64,000 bases of DNA. Origin: an uncultured Candidatus Saccharibacteria bacterium. GTDB lineage: Bacteria > Patescibacteriota > Minisyncoccia > Phycocordibacterales > Phycocordibacteraceae. Under the pieces are notes generated by a model, which saw only the letters and a list, made by a program, of their open reading frames with translations, ran no database searches and was not told the DNA's origin. Made by a program: the position numbers and the translations under genes. The stretch covers positions 8,074 through 72,073 of the forward strand of contig CAYNNZ010000004.1 in assembly GCA_964398815.1 (NCBI GenBank). Reading direction: 5' to 3'. Positions 1 through 9,095 of this stretch are shown here, in pieces; positions within the stretch are counted from its first letter, which is position 1; each line of letters starts with the position of its first letter.

Positions 1-636
1 AATCTTCGCAATGGTGAACACGCGCTCGAACGCACCTACCATTATCTGTTTGTAGAGCTGGGGCGAGGTGGCAAGGAATGCCGTCTGGTCGTTAAAGTAT
101 TCGACCCTAAAGACTGCGGCTCCACCTTCAGCGTCGCCACCGACGAGCGCAGGAGCCACGAACTCGAGAAGACCCTGGCGTCGGAGCGAATTACGGTATG
201 CGTTAAGGATGGTGGCCTGTACCGCGAAAATATCGCGGTCGCGCTGACTGCGCAGCGTGTAGGGACGATTATCGAGACGAGTTTCGAGAGTGAGCTCCGC
301 ATCCTTATCAAACGGAATCTCGTGAGCAGCTGACAGCACGGTCATTCCAGTAATCTCGAGCTCAATGTCGCCGTTCTGCTTATCCGTCTGGATGTTCTTC
401 TCCGGACGCTTGTTTACGATTCCTTCGACGGACACGACGTATTCCGTGCGCGACTCCTTCGACGTGTCGGTGGCTGGAGAGCCCGGTAAGACAACACCCT
501 GCACTTTTCCAGAGCGGTCCCGGAAATCGAAGAAGACCAGTTTACCCTGGTCACGTCGCACATCTACCCACCCACAGATGGTCACTGTCTCTCCCACGTG
601 AGCGGAAAGCTCACCAATAAGTACCCTGCCCTTCAT
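1..636 (-). CDS. aspS: Aspartyl-tRNA synthetase, N-terminal 212 aa; C-terminal part lies beyond the window start
   Basis: Own translation from ATG at 636..634: MKGRVLIGELSAHVGETVTICGWVDVRRDQGKLVFFDFRDRSGKVQ...FLATSPQLYKQIMVGAFERVFTIAKI. This shows the OB-fold anticodon-binding N-domain and class II motif 1 region (QSPQLFKQ-like) typical of AspRS/AsnRS. The frame is open to position 1. It is not in the ORF track because there is no in-window stop. Confidence 0.85.
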   Translation of the reverse strand, partial: MKGRVLIGELSAHVGETVTICGWVDVRRDQGKLVFFDFRDRSGKVQGVVLPGSPATDTSKESRTEYVVSVEGIVNKRPEKNIQTDKQNGDIELEITGMTVLSAAHEIPFDKDAELTLETRLDNRPYTLRSQRDRDIFAVQATILNAYRNSLRRQGLLEFVAPALVGGDAEGGAAVFRVEYFNDQTAFLATSPQLYKQIMVGAFERVFTIAKI

Positions 637-658
637 ATAGGACTAAAATAGCACGTTA

Positions 659-1612
659 TTACGCGACGCCAATTGCCTTTCGAATCTGGGTCAGCTTCTT
701 GTCCGCCCGAGCGCGTGCGGACTCAGCACCCTGCCGTAGAACGCTCTCTACCATGGCGGAGTCGGTATCAAGGCGCTCGTACTCCTCGCGCATTGGGGCG
801 ATGAAGGTGTCGAGGTCTTCCACAAGGGCGTCCTTGAGCGCCTTGTACTTCCCTGCATGCTCGGCATACAGCGGTGCGAGCTCACGTTCTGATTTGAGGA
901 GCCGATGAATGGCGTAGACGTTCTCGGGACGTTCCCCAGACGAGTCTGTCACGATGCTCATTACCGCTTTGGTGATTTCCTCGCGCGTAGCGAAAAGTGG
1001 GATGGTGTTTCCGTATGACTTACTCATCTTTCTTCCATCGATACCTGGCACCACGGCTACTTCGGGCATGATGTAGGGCTCAGGGAGCGCGAATGTCTCA
1101 CCGAATATACGATTGAACTTCTCAGCAGTATCGCGTGCGTATTCGATATGCTGCTTTTGGTCCTGACCGACCGGCACTGCCGCTGCGTCGTAGAGCAGAA
1201 TGTCGGCTGCCATAAGCATCGGGTAATTGAAGGTCCCGACGTTGATTTCCTTGTCTTTAGCCTCAGCATCCTTGAACGCATGTGCGCGCATGAGGTACGG
1301 CATGGTGGTGATGGTGTCGAATATCCACGCCACCTCCGTATGTGCGGGTACATCTGACTGCTTGAAGATGGTTACGCGCTCTGGGTCGAGGCCGATAGCG
1401 AGTAGGGTACGCGCAAGCTCGCGCGTGAGTGCATGCATTTGTCCGGCGTCCTGGATGAAATTCAGAGCGTGGTAGTCCGCGAGCATGAAGTAGCAGTCGA
1501 ATTCACCTGCATTCTGGAGGTCCACCCACTGCTTGAGCGCGCCGAAATAATTCCCGATGTGGGCAATGCCGGTTGGCTTCATGCCGGAGAGCAGTATGGC
1601 GCGGTCTGACAT
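659..1612 (-). CDS. trpS: Tryptophanyl-tRNA synthetase
   Basis: Listed as ORF 659..1894, but the real start is the internal ATG at 1612 (MSDRAILLSGMKPTGIAHIGNYFGA...). A KMSKS motif (KMSKSYGN) is present. Length is 318 aa, typical for TrpRS. Confidence 0.9.
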   Translation of the reverse strand: MSDRAILLSGMKPTGIAHIGNYFGALKQWVDLQNAGEFDCYFMLADYHALNFIQDAGQMHALTRELARTLLAIGLDPERVTIFKQSDVPAHTEVAWIFDTITTMPYLMRAHAFKDAEAKDKEINVGTFNYPMLMAADILLYDAAAVPVGQDQKQHIEYARDTAEKFNRIFGETFALPEPYIMPEVAVVPGIDGRKMSKSYGNTIPLFATREEITKAVMSIVTDSSGERPENVYAIHRLLKSERELAPLYAEHAGKYKALKDALVEDLDTFIAPMREEYERLDTDSAMVESVLRQGAESARARADKKLTQIRKAIGVA

Positions 1613-1692
1613 ATGGCTACGATACCACGGGCCACAAACATAGAAGCCGCACCCTCGGGAGGATGCGGCTTTGTGCCTTGCGGCAGATGGTG

Positions 1693-2046
1693 TCAGGCGA
1701 GGGCCTGGCGCCGCTGCTGACGCAACGGGTGGTCGGGGTGCCAGTAGCCCACGCTCTTGGTCGGGGTGATGAGCACCGCGTCTTCTTCCGGCGGAAGCTT
1801 GATGGCGGTGATGGTGTGTTCCGCCACGTTGCATTCCGGCATAGAAAGTTCGGCTTTGGCGCCGACACCCTGGCCCATGAGCGGACCGAGCCAATCCGCG
1901 GCGACAGTGGGCGGGACCGTTTTGGAGTCCGCACCCCGTTCACCGACACGAAACGTGTCTTCGCGATCAGTGCCATCGCAGGCTTTCCAGGCAAGCTGGA
2001 CCAGATGACCGGGCTCGAGCCGGTCGGTTTGAATCGGACGGGTCAT
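1693..2046 (-). CDS. Hypothetical protein (117 aa)
   Basis: ORF with a good RBS (AGGGAGA about 7 nt upstream of the ATG). It shares orientation with, and fills the gap between, the GreA-like gene and trpS. No family recognised. Confidence 0.5.
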   Translation of the reverse strand: MTRPIQTDRLEPGHLVQLAWKACDGTDREDTFRVGERGADSKTVPPTVAADWLGPLMGQGVGAKAELSMPECNVAEHTITAIKLPPEEDAVLITPTKSVGYWHPDHPLRQQRRQALA

Positions 2047-2194
2047 AACCCAATCTCCCTGTTTGTACGTTGCCCGGTGCCGTGTCGGGATAGATGCTAG
2101 AACTTATCAGCTTACGCAAAAGTTGCCAAGAAAAGAGCAGGCGCCGAACGGAGAGGTTCCGTCCGGCGCCCTTGTTCTTAGTTATGCACGAAGA

Positions 2195-2794
2195 TCAGTG
2201 TGCGGCTGGTTGTGCGGCCTTCTTGCCGACAGCGGTCGCGGGTTGCGCCGAGATTTCCGTCGTCGGGTTGAAGATTTTGCGGATTTCCACCGCATAGGGC
2301 TTGCCGGACGGCGGGGTGATGGTGATTTCCTCGCCCACCTCCTTGCCGAGCAGGGCCTTGGCGAGCGGGCCGAGGCAGCTGAGCGTATGCGGCTCCGACG
2401 TGGAGTCGTTCTCGCCGGGACCCCCGACGATGATGCGCTCAATGGCGCCCATGTCGAGTCTGGAGTTGTCGTCCAGATGTTCCAGTTCGACGCCAGCTCC
2501 GGATTGGACCCGGACCAGATTCGCCGGCAGCTTGACCGGCCGCAAACGGGCGACCAGATTGTGAGCCGCCGCCCATTCACCGCGTTTCAGCTCACATTCG
2601 TCCTTGTGAGCCGTCAGGTCTTGCGCACGCGCATCCGTAGGCGAGCCGGTGTGGCATTCACCATCACCGTGCTGCCTCATGCACGCGTCGTACACAGCCT
2701 TTTTCCTCGCGAGGTCTTGCTTCGCGCGGTCGATGCCTTGCTGGGTCCAAGGAAGCGGCCCAGTCGTGTTATCAGTTGCCACTAGCGTTTGCAC
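2195..2794 (-). CDS. GreA/GreB-family C-terminal (FKBP-like) domain protein with atypical Cys/His-rich N-terminal region
   Basis: C-terminal VELEHLDDNSRLDMGAIERIIVGGPGENDSTSEPHTLSCLGPLAKALLGKEVGEEITITPPSGKPYAVEIRKI matches the GreA/GreB C-terminal domain (S.SP.G.ALLGK.VGD). The N-terminal 100 aa (CMRQHGDGECH...HKDECELKRGEW) is not a canonical Gre coiled coil. GTG start with a GGGGGA RBS. Confidence 0.7.
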   Translation of the reverse strand: MQTLVATDNTTGPLPWTQQGIDRAKQDLARKKAVYDACMRQHGDGECHTGSPTDARAQDLTAHKDECELKRGEWAAAHNLVARLRPVKLPANLVRVQSGAGVELEHLDDNSRLDMGAIERIIVGGPGENDSTSEPHTLSCLGPLAKALLGKEVGEEITITPPSGKPYAVEIRKIFNPTTEISAQPATAVGKKAAQPAAH

Positions 2795-2969
2795 TAGGTA
2801 TTCCCCCTAACAGAGCTATCCCTGGGTACACCCCCAGAGCTTCGGACAACCACTGCCCGAAGCCCTTACCATACGCCTGCTTTGGCCAAATTTCAAAGCC
2901 TTCCTGGGGACGCGGAAAAGCGTCTAGCGAATCGGCCGTCTAATTGCTATAGTGCCCAAGTTAGCAATT

Positions 2970-3055
2970 GCGTCGGTGGTAGAGTGGTCAATTACAACAG
3001 GCTGTAAACCTGTCGGCTTCGGCCTACGAAGGTTCGAATCCTTCCCGGCGCACCA
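2970..3055 (+). tRNA. tRNA-Tyr (anticodon GTA), long variable arm, CCA encoded
   Basis: Hand-folded cloverleaf: acceptor GCGTCGG/CCGGCGC (one G-U pair), D-arm GTAG/TTAC, anticodon stem ACAGG/CCTGT with loop CTGTAAA, long variable arm GGCTTCGGCC, T-arm GAAGG-TTCGAAT-CCTTC, discriminator A, then CCA. Confidence 0.9.
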
Positions 3056-3086
3056 AGAAAAGAACTCCCGTTCGGGAGTTTTTTCT
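3056..3086. terminator. Bidirectional rho-independent terminator shared by tRNA-Tyr (+) and tyrS (-)
   Basis: AGAAAAG-AACTCCCG-TTC-GGGAGTT-TTTTTCT: GC stem flanked by an A-run and a T-run. Confidence 0.65.
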
Positions 3087-4317
3087 ATTTGAAGCGGACG
3101 AGCAGCTTCTCGGACTTCCCTTTCTGCAGGACCGCGAGGCCGTCATTCAGGTCCGCCTCCCGGAGCGGTCGGTCCTCGGTAATCTGCTCACCATTCAAGC
3201 GAATGCCTTTGCCCTCGATAAGCCGGCGCGCCTCAGACTTTGATGCGACGAAGCCAGCGCCAGTGAGCGCATCGATAATGGACGTCTCAGCGACCACACT
3301 CGCAGAAGGTACGGAGGCGAACAGTGAGTCTCGCTCAGATGCTGAAAGCGAAGTGAAGGGAGCGGCGCCGAAGAGGACATCCGTGAATTTCTCGGCACGC
3401 GATGCCTCTGCCGCACCATGGACGAGCGCCGTGACCTCATCAGCGAGTTTTCGCTGCGCCGTGCGACGTTCAGGATTGCGGCCATGGAGTTCCATGAGCG
3501 CATCTATCTCAAACGGCGGGAGAAAGGTGAAATACTTCAGGTATTTGCCGACGATATCGTCAGGCTGATTTACCCAAAACTGGTAGAACGCAAACGGCGA
3601 GGTCTTCTTGGGGTCGAGCCAGACTGCATTCCCTTCTGACTTACCGAATTTTTTACCAGTTGAGTCCGTTACGAGCGGCGTTGTAAATGCGAATGCCTCC
3701 TTACCTGCCTTGCGTCGAATGAGCTCGACTCCTGAGAGGATATTGGTCCACTGGTCGGACGCACCTATTTGCACGTCACACCCGTATTTCTGATTGAGCA
3801 CGAGATAGTCGTATCCCTGGAGCAGTGAGTAGGCGAATTCAGTGTATGAAATGCTCTCATCGGGTGTTTCAAGGCGACGGCGGATGATATCGCGCTTCAC
3901 GAGCTCGTTCACCGTGAAGTGCTTGCCGATATCACGCAGGAAATCTACCAATTTAATCTTGAGAAGCCAGTCTGCGTTATTCACGAGGGTGACTTTTGCG
4001 CCGATAATGCGCTGCATTTGCTCGCGAAGCGCCTTTGCGTTCTTCGCTATGACACGCGCGTCTGCCAGTTGTCGTTCACCGCTCTCACGAGGATCGCCAA
4101 TCATGCCGGTACCGCCACCAACCAGCAGGATGATGCGATGACCCGCATCCGCAAGGCGCTTCATAGTAAGCACCACCATGAGATGTCCCGCATGCATGGA
4201 GTCCGCAGACGGGTCTACACCCAGATAGACCGTGCGCTTCGTCTCGAAAATCTTTGCAGGCTCTGCCGAGTGATGCTCGACGAGACCTCGGGCTTCCAAG
4301 TCTTTAAGTAAATCCAT
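3085..4317 (-). CDS. tyrS: Tyrosyl-tRNA synthetase (with C-terminal S4 domain)
   Basis: Motifs VYLGVDPSADSMHAGHL (HIGH-type) and KFGKSEGN (KMSKS-type). 410 aa with a C-terminal S4-like region. Confidence 0.95.
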   Translation of the reverse strand: MDLLKDLEARGLVEHHSAEPAKIFETKRTVYLGVDPSADSMHAGHLMVVLTMKRLADAGHRIILLVGGGTGMIGDPRESGERQLADARVIAKNAKALREQMQRIIGAKVTLVNNADWLLKIKLVDFLRDIGKHFTVNELVKRDIIRRRLETPDESISYTEFAYSLLQGYDYLVLNQKYGCDVQIGASDQWTNILSGVELIRRKAGKEAFAFTTPLVTDSTGKKFGKSEGNAVWLDPKKTSPFAFYQFWVNQPDDIVGKYLKYFTFLPPFEIDALMELHGRNPERRTAQRKLADEVTALVHGAAEASRAEKFTDVLFGAAPFTSLSASERDSLFASVPSASVVAETSIIDALTGAGFVASKSEARRLIEGKGIRLNGEQITEDRPLREADLNDGLAVLQKGKSEKLLVRFK

Positions 4318-4335
4318 AGCGCGAGTATAGCAGAC

Positions 4336-5079
4336 CTACTCGGTCGCTTCCTTGAGCACATTCCGCACATGGCGCTCTGAAGTCTCGAATCGCTCGATAG
4401 TTTCGGCGCAGTACGGATTGAATCGATACACATCCTCGAACAGTGCGCGGTCATGCTTCACGCTGTCGACTGCGTCCATAAGGAATCCGAAGGACACCGT
4501 ATCAATCTCCGTGCGCTCAAAGCCTGATGCGTGAACGATTTGGCCAATGTAGTGGGTGAGAAAGAGTGTGTCTGCAAGATGCTTATCATGCTGGTCAGAG
4601 GACATGGTAACGACATCGAACCCAATGCCGCGCAGACGATCGAGAAAGGCATCGACCTCATCTTGCGTGAGTGTATGCTCAGTAACCACAATGCGCATGC
4701 CAGCCACGTTTTCTTTACGCTTTGCGTAACTCTCCGGGCCGAACATCGGGTGCGTGGCAATGTAGCGGCGAGCGCCCAGAATCTCTTTCAGGAGACCTGC
4801 TGTGTAGGACTTTACGGTCGATACATCGACAACGATGGTGTCAGCCCCAAGCAAGGGAGCCGCCTTCCGGAGCGTGTCTCCGAACGCATGGATGGGCACA
4901 GCCAGAATGACCGCATCTGCCTTGCAGACATCTTCAAATGAATGGAAGAGTTCGCCAGCAGGAGCCTGGCGCGAAGAGTGCACGAGAATGCGCACTTCTG
5001 GCGCAAAGCGCTTAATGAGGACTGCCAGAAAGGCGCCGAAGGCGCCGTATCCGATTATGCCGATGCTGCCCAATTTCAT
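4336..5079 (-). CDS. tyrA: Prephenate/arogenate dehydrogenase family protein
   Basis: N-terminal Rossmann motif IGIIGYGAFGAF; overall TyrA/PDH-family architecture (247 aa). Lies immediately upstream of tyrS. Confidence 0.75.
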   Translation of the reverse strand: MKLGSIGIIGYGAFGAFLAVLIKRFAPEVRILVHSSRQAPAGELFHSFEDVCKADAVILAVPIHAFGDTLRKAAPLLGADTIVVDVSTVKSYTAGLLKEILGARRYIATHPMFGPESYAKRKENVAGMRIVVTEHTLTQDEVDAFLDRLRGIGFDVVTMSSDQHDKHLADTLFLTHYIGQIVHASGFERTEIDTVSFGFLMDAVDSVKHDRALFEDVYRFNPYCAETIERFETSERHVRNVLKEATE

Positions 5080-5104
5080 GGGCGCATCCTAGCACAAGCT
5101 GCCG

Positions 5105-6568
5105 CTATGCGGCTGGGAGTTCAACAATGAAGTGAGAACCCTTTCCGCTTCCTGCGGATTCAATCCATGTCTTACCGCCATTACCCTCTACTAGCTGCTT
5201 CACCACGTAGAGACCAAGGCCTGTACCGGTCGTATTGACCTTGTTGGCATCGCGAGCACGAGTGAATTTAGAGAATAGCTTAGGGATATCTTCCTTCGAG
5301 ATACCCACGCCCGTATCCGCGACTGTGACGCGTACTCCGGTAGGTGCCTTAGCAACAGAGACCGTAACACTACCCTGCTTTGTGTACTTAATTGCGTTAT
5401 CAATAAGGTTTGTGAGGACCTGCTTTATCTTGCCGATGTCGGCATTTACCATTGCCGCCTCGCCTCCTCCGTACACGAACGCAATGCTTTTTTGCTTAGC
5501 AACAGCTTGGAATTCGTTCACCACTTTCTGAGAAAGTTCCGCAAGGTCAAACTTGCTCTTCTCATACTTCATGCGGCCCTGCTCAATGCGTGAGATGTTC
5601 AGGTAATCCTCGATAGAATTGACCATGAGACGAGACGACTCCTGAATAACCGACAACGGGTCAACAAGATATGGTGGAATCGCACCATACGTGCCATCAA
5701 TCATGTTTGCTGCGTAGCCGCGGATTGCCGTAATAGGCGCACGCAGCTGGTGGGTAGCCACCGACAAGAATTCGCTCTTAAGGCGATCAAGTTCCGCAAG
5801 ATTCTCAGCACGACGCTCCCAGATGTAAATGAGTGTAAGTGCGAGAAGTGAAATAACTACGACGAGGAAAGCAATGAACAAGAGGAACGGATAGAGCGTT
5901 GCCTGGGTAATGGTAAAGAAGTCGTCGGCCTTAATGTCAGTAGCGAGAATAGCGACAACCGTTCCGCTCGCGTTTCGGATAGGTGCATAACCAGTGAGCA
6001 CCGTCCCATAATCATCCGTATAGAGGTCCTTCACCGTAAGCGGGCCGTCGTAAGCCTGAAAAGCCTCTGGGATATCTACCGCCTCAGGATATGGCTGACC
6101 TGGCCACTGCAACTTGTCCGGCCCGTCAGGTTCTATCTTCCCATCGCGATTCACATCAACATCGTTGTTTGGATTTGCATCCGTATTTGCATACGGGTCA
6201 ATGGAGTCCGCATCAGCGATGTATTCCATCTCATTCGGGTTGTTCGCCATCTTGCGGAACATGTACATGTACACGATGCCGCTATTGGCATACTTGGACC
6301 GATTAAGTTCGTTGACGACGCGTGCCCATTCAGGCTTCTTGGCATCTGCTTCAGTATGGAGCGCCTCTAGATCAACGGGCGATATCGCTGTTGCGGTCGT
6401 TATGGAAACCGTGAGGAGCCGCTCACGAAGGTTCTCCGTGAGCAGCTTGATGGTCTGCTGATACAGGAGCCAGGAGGCTGCCGCAGCAATAAGAATAATG
6501 ACAATGGAGAAGGCGCTCCCGAACCATACGAGGCGCCGCAGTTTCTGTGCTTGAGTTTGAGTATTCAT
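5105..6568 (-). CDS. Sensor histidine kinase (two TM segments, periplasmic Cache/PDC-like domain)
   Basis: H-box SVATHQLRAPITAIRGY; N/G boxes NLIDNAIKYT...VADTGVGI...GTGLGLYVV. N-terminal TM, about 200-aa extracytoplasmic region, then a second TM. No cognate response regulator in the window. Confidence 0.85.
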   Translation of the reverse strand: MNTQTQAQKLRRLVWFGSAFSIVIILIAAAASWLLYQQTIKLLTENLRERLLTVSITTATAISPVDLEALHTEADAKKPEWARVVNELNRSKYANSGIVYMYMFRKMANNPNEMEYIADADSIDPYANTDANPNNDVDVNRDGKIEPDGPDKLQWPGQPYPEAVDIPEAFQAYDGPLTVKDLYTDDYGTVLTGYAPIRNASGTVVAILATDIKADDFFTITQATLYPFLLFIAFLVVVISLLALTLIYIWERRAENLAELDRLKSEFLSVATHQLRAPITAIRGYAANMIDGTYGAIPPYLVDPLSVIQESSRLMVNSIEDYLNISRIEQGRMKYEKSKFDLAELSQKVVNEFQAVAKQKSIAFVYGGGEAAMVNADIGKIKQVLTNLIDNAIKYTKQGSVTVSVAKAPTGVRVTVADTGVGISKEDIPKLFSKFTRARDANKVNTTGTGLGLYVVKQLVEGNGGKTWIESAGSGKGSHFIVELPAA

Positions 6569-6617
6569 CTCCGCAAGCCGTTGCCGGTACCCTTACAGCC
6601 TAGCACGCGGCTAGAGG

Positions 6618-8480
6618 CTATACGTCAAGCAGGTGGGATATTTCCCGAGAGTCAATTTCTGAAAGGAATTCAGCCAGGCGAGGACCTGAGCGCGCAGCAA
6701 ACAGAAGCTGGTACACGTGCTGGAAGAAACGTAGCTGCATTTCCTTCTTCTCGCCGGCAGACACCCCGCGCGCCACCGGTATTGCATATAGTTTCGTTTT
6801 GAATGCTTCGAACTCCATCGCATCACGATTCTCGAGAAGCGTGCGGAGTCCCTGTATCCAAGCGAGTTCATACGGCTGCATCTGCGCGATGTAGTCTGCG
6901 TTCGGCTCCGCGAGCAGATTGTACGCATGCTCCTTGTCGAGGCGCACATAGCGACTGCCACCGGTAATGACGCGGGTATCGAGATAGGTCGTAGTGGTTT
7001 CCTTACCCGCATCTTCTGCCTGATTCGCATCAGACTTAATGCGTAAAAGCTTTGCGATATTCTTGCGGCTAATCTGCGTGCATGCTGCTGCTTTCTTCCG
7101 CAATCCGGCAAGAGACTTCACGCGCTCGAGCGGGCGTGCGACCCATTCATATATATCTCGCTGCGGAAGAGTGGCCTTCGCGATAAGGCGTCCGTTTATG
7201 GAAAGGCTCGATGCGCCGTAACCCAAGCCACCGTAGGGCTCAGTACCGCGCTCATTACCGGCTGCGTGCAGGTGGGTGTTATGCAGGAATGAGCGGCGAT
7301 CATGCAGTACCACGCCATTGATTTTGCGACCAATAAGCTTCTTAACGTATGCACTACCGCCATACAGCGTGACGTACATAGCGTTCGTCGCGTATTTAGG
7401 GTCTTCAAAGTAGTTCTTCAGGTCTTCATCGCGCATGTAGGTCTGCAGGAATATGACGGGGGCAAATATTTCATTGAAATTGCCTCCCTCAGAAAGAGGT
7501 TTTGCGATGATGGTCGGCTGCAGCGTCGCATCCTGTGCACGCATTACGCCCGGGGTCGTTGAGTCGAGCCAACGGCGATTATCTATGAGGAAATCTTGGA
7601 TGCGCACGAGGTCATGCGGGTCGCTGATAGGACCCACGCGGCAAGTACGGTCGCGGTAATCGCCGACTCCAACCGCACGGATACCATCACGTAGTTTGTG
7701 AAGGAAGAGCGGGAGGACGTCGTTGTGCACGAGCACTGCATTTGGAGCGGCACAGTCCTGTCCCTGGTTGTAGAGTTGGAGCGTAAGCACCGCATCTACG
7801 GCCTTATCGATGTTTGCGTCTTTGCCGACGACGACCGGGTTGTGGCCAGAGCCGTTACCGATGAAAAGAGTACGCTGGTCGAACACGAATCGCAGCTGGT
7901 CGGCATGCACCGGAGTACCGGTGAAGATGACCGCCTCAGTGACCGGCATGCTTTCCTTCGTCTTCGGATTAATACGCAACGCGGTGCGCTCACGGAGAAA
8001 GTCCGCACGCGTCGCGTGGGAAACGACGATATTCGGAAAGCGCTCGAACACCTCGAGAAGCGCGAGCATCTTTGGGAAGAAGTGGCGCATGCTGTGCGGG
8101 ATGCGGAAATGCACCGAGCTTCCCATGAAGGACGGGATGATGACGAAGCAGGCAAATGCGTAGAGCGGCTGATTACGTGGAAGGAATGCAGCAACTTGGC
8201 CGATGCGTGTTTTGAAATATTCTTTGTTCTCGTCGAGACTACGCAGGAGGTCGAGTGTGCGCGAGACTTCGTCTACGACTACTTCGTAGCTTTCGTACTC
8301 AAGGAGGATATGTGCGAGCGCTTCAAAGTTCGATTCGATGTGCTCAGCAAGCGCTTCGCTCTGGCTTTTGATTTTCTTGTAGTTAAGCGGGGTGTAGGCA
8401 GCGTAGGACGCTTTCGACACTGCTTTTTTTGCCGCTGCCGGACGCGTGCGCTTCCGTGCGGTTTTTTTCTTCGCAGCCAT
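6618..8480 (-). CDS. Fusion protein: lysine-rich N-terminal tail, aldehyde-dehydrogenase-superfamily (reductase-like, Glu-less) domain, and LysRS-class-I C-terminal-domain paralog
   Basis: ATG at 8480 (MAAKKKTARKRTRPAAAKKAVSK...). ALDH motifs: GQVAAFLPRNQPLYAFACFVIIPSFMGSSVHFRIP (substrate-entry/NAD region), IFTGTPVHADQL (FTGST.VG), LFIGNGSGHNPVVVGKDANIDKAV (ELGGKSP position with Glu replaced), YNQGQDCAAPNAVLV (catalytic Cys), NEIFAPVIFL (EEIFGPV). The C-terminal 130 aa align with the C-terminus of LysK at 10878..12443 (LYAIPVARG...LRFFQHVYQLLFAARSGPRLAEFL...ISHLLDV vs LVYDIPKEAG...QRAFFKDVYMLLIGRDTGPRLGTFL...ILKLLSV). Confidence 0.8.
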   Translation of the reverse strand: MAAKKKTARKRTRPAAAKKAVSKASYAAYTPLNYKKIKSQSEALAEHIESNFEALAHILLEYESYEVVVDEVSRTLDLLRSLDENKEYFKTRIGQVAAFLPRNQPLYAFACFVIIPSFMGSSVHFRIPHSMRHFFPKMLALLEVFERFPNIVVSHATRADFLRERTALRINPKTKESMPVTEAVIFTGTPVHADQLRFVFDQRTLFIGNGSGHNPVVVGKDANIDKAVDAVLTLQLYNQGQDCAAPNAVLVHNDVLPLFLHKLRDGIRAVGVGDYRDRTCRVGPISDPHDLVRIQDFLIDNRRWLDSTTPGVMRAQDATLQPTIIAKPLSEGGNFNEIFAPVIFLQTYMRDEDLKNYFEDPKYATNAMYVTLYGGSAYVKKLIGRKINGVVLHDRRSFLHNTHLHAAGNERGTEPYGGLGYGASSLSINGRLIAKATLPQRDIYEWVARPLERVKSLAGLRKKAAACTQISRKNIAKLLRIKSDANQAEDAGKETTTTYLDTRVITGGSRYVRLDKEHAYNLLAEPNADYIAQMQPYELAWIQGLRTLLENRDAMEFEAFKTKLYAIPVARGVSAGEKKEMQLRFFQHVYQLLFAARSGPRLAEFLSEIDSREISHLLDV

Positions 8481-8608
8481 AAGTGGTGTCCGCAGAATAC
8501 CTGATTTTATCGAAAACGTCAATAGCAAGCCCTCGGGTGTGTATAAAAGAAGACCGCGCCGTGTTACGGGCGCGGTCAGGTAGTTGCTCTACCGAGGGAG
8601 GCAGAGCG

Positions 8609-8998
8609 TTAGGCGGGGGTCGGTTTGCCGAACTGGGTCATCAGGATGCCGATGACCACCGCGGCGACACCGACCTTCTGGGCGAGGGACATGGTGTTCC
8701 ACTCATTCCGGAAGATGATGGCGACGCCGATAGTCGCGACCGTCAGCAGGGCGTCCACGTTGGCGGAGCCGAGCGCGAGGCCCAGTCGGTCAGCCGTGGC
8801 CCCGAAGGTGATGAACACCAGCGGGGCGATGATGAGCATCGGCGCAAGCCAGATGTTCGCCCACTGGGAGCTCCAGTTCCCCGAAGCTGTTTCGGCCCAG
8901 CGGGTCGCGATGACGTTGGCCGCCAGCGCGATGCCGACAGTGACCGCGACATAGAGCCAGGACAGCATAAGGTCCTGGGAGATTCCGAATATACGCAT
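8609..8998 (-). CDS. Small 4-TM membrane protein, SMR/DMT-like
   Basis: Start at ATG 8998 with a strong RBS (GAGGAGG). 129 aa, four hydrophobic helices, SMR-like size and topology. Confidence 0.5.
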   Translation of the reverse strand: MRIFGISQDLMLSWLYVAVTVGIALAANVIATRWAETASGNWSSQWANIWLAPMLIIAPLVFITFGATADRLGLALGSANVDALLTVATIGVAIIFRNEWNTMSLAQKVGVAAVVIGILMTQFGKPTPA

Positions 8999-9095
8999 GT
9001 GTGCCTCCTCGGCAGCTAGAGCATGTAGCACCTATCGGCTACTATGATATTACTATAGCACACTATGTACTAAAAATCAAGCCCTCGGAAACGGC

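Noticed and set aside
659-1894. Long 411-aa version of trpS
   Set aside because: The N-terminal 93 aa (Arg/Ala/Pro/His-rich) are non-protein-like. The TrpRS homology begins at the internal ATG at 1612. Similar spurious 5' extensions were trimmed for ychF, mnmA, dnaJ, atpB, tspO, the actin-like gene and the 135-aa gene.
2063-2785. 240-aa plus-strand ORF
   Set aside because: Antisense to the GreA-like gene; Arg/Gly-rich low-complexity translation. The minus-strand reading has clear Gre C-terminal domain motifs.
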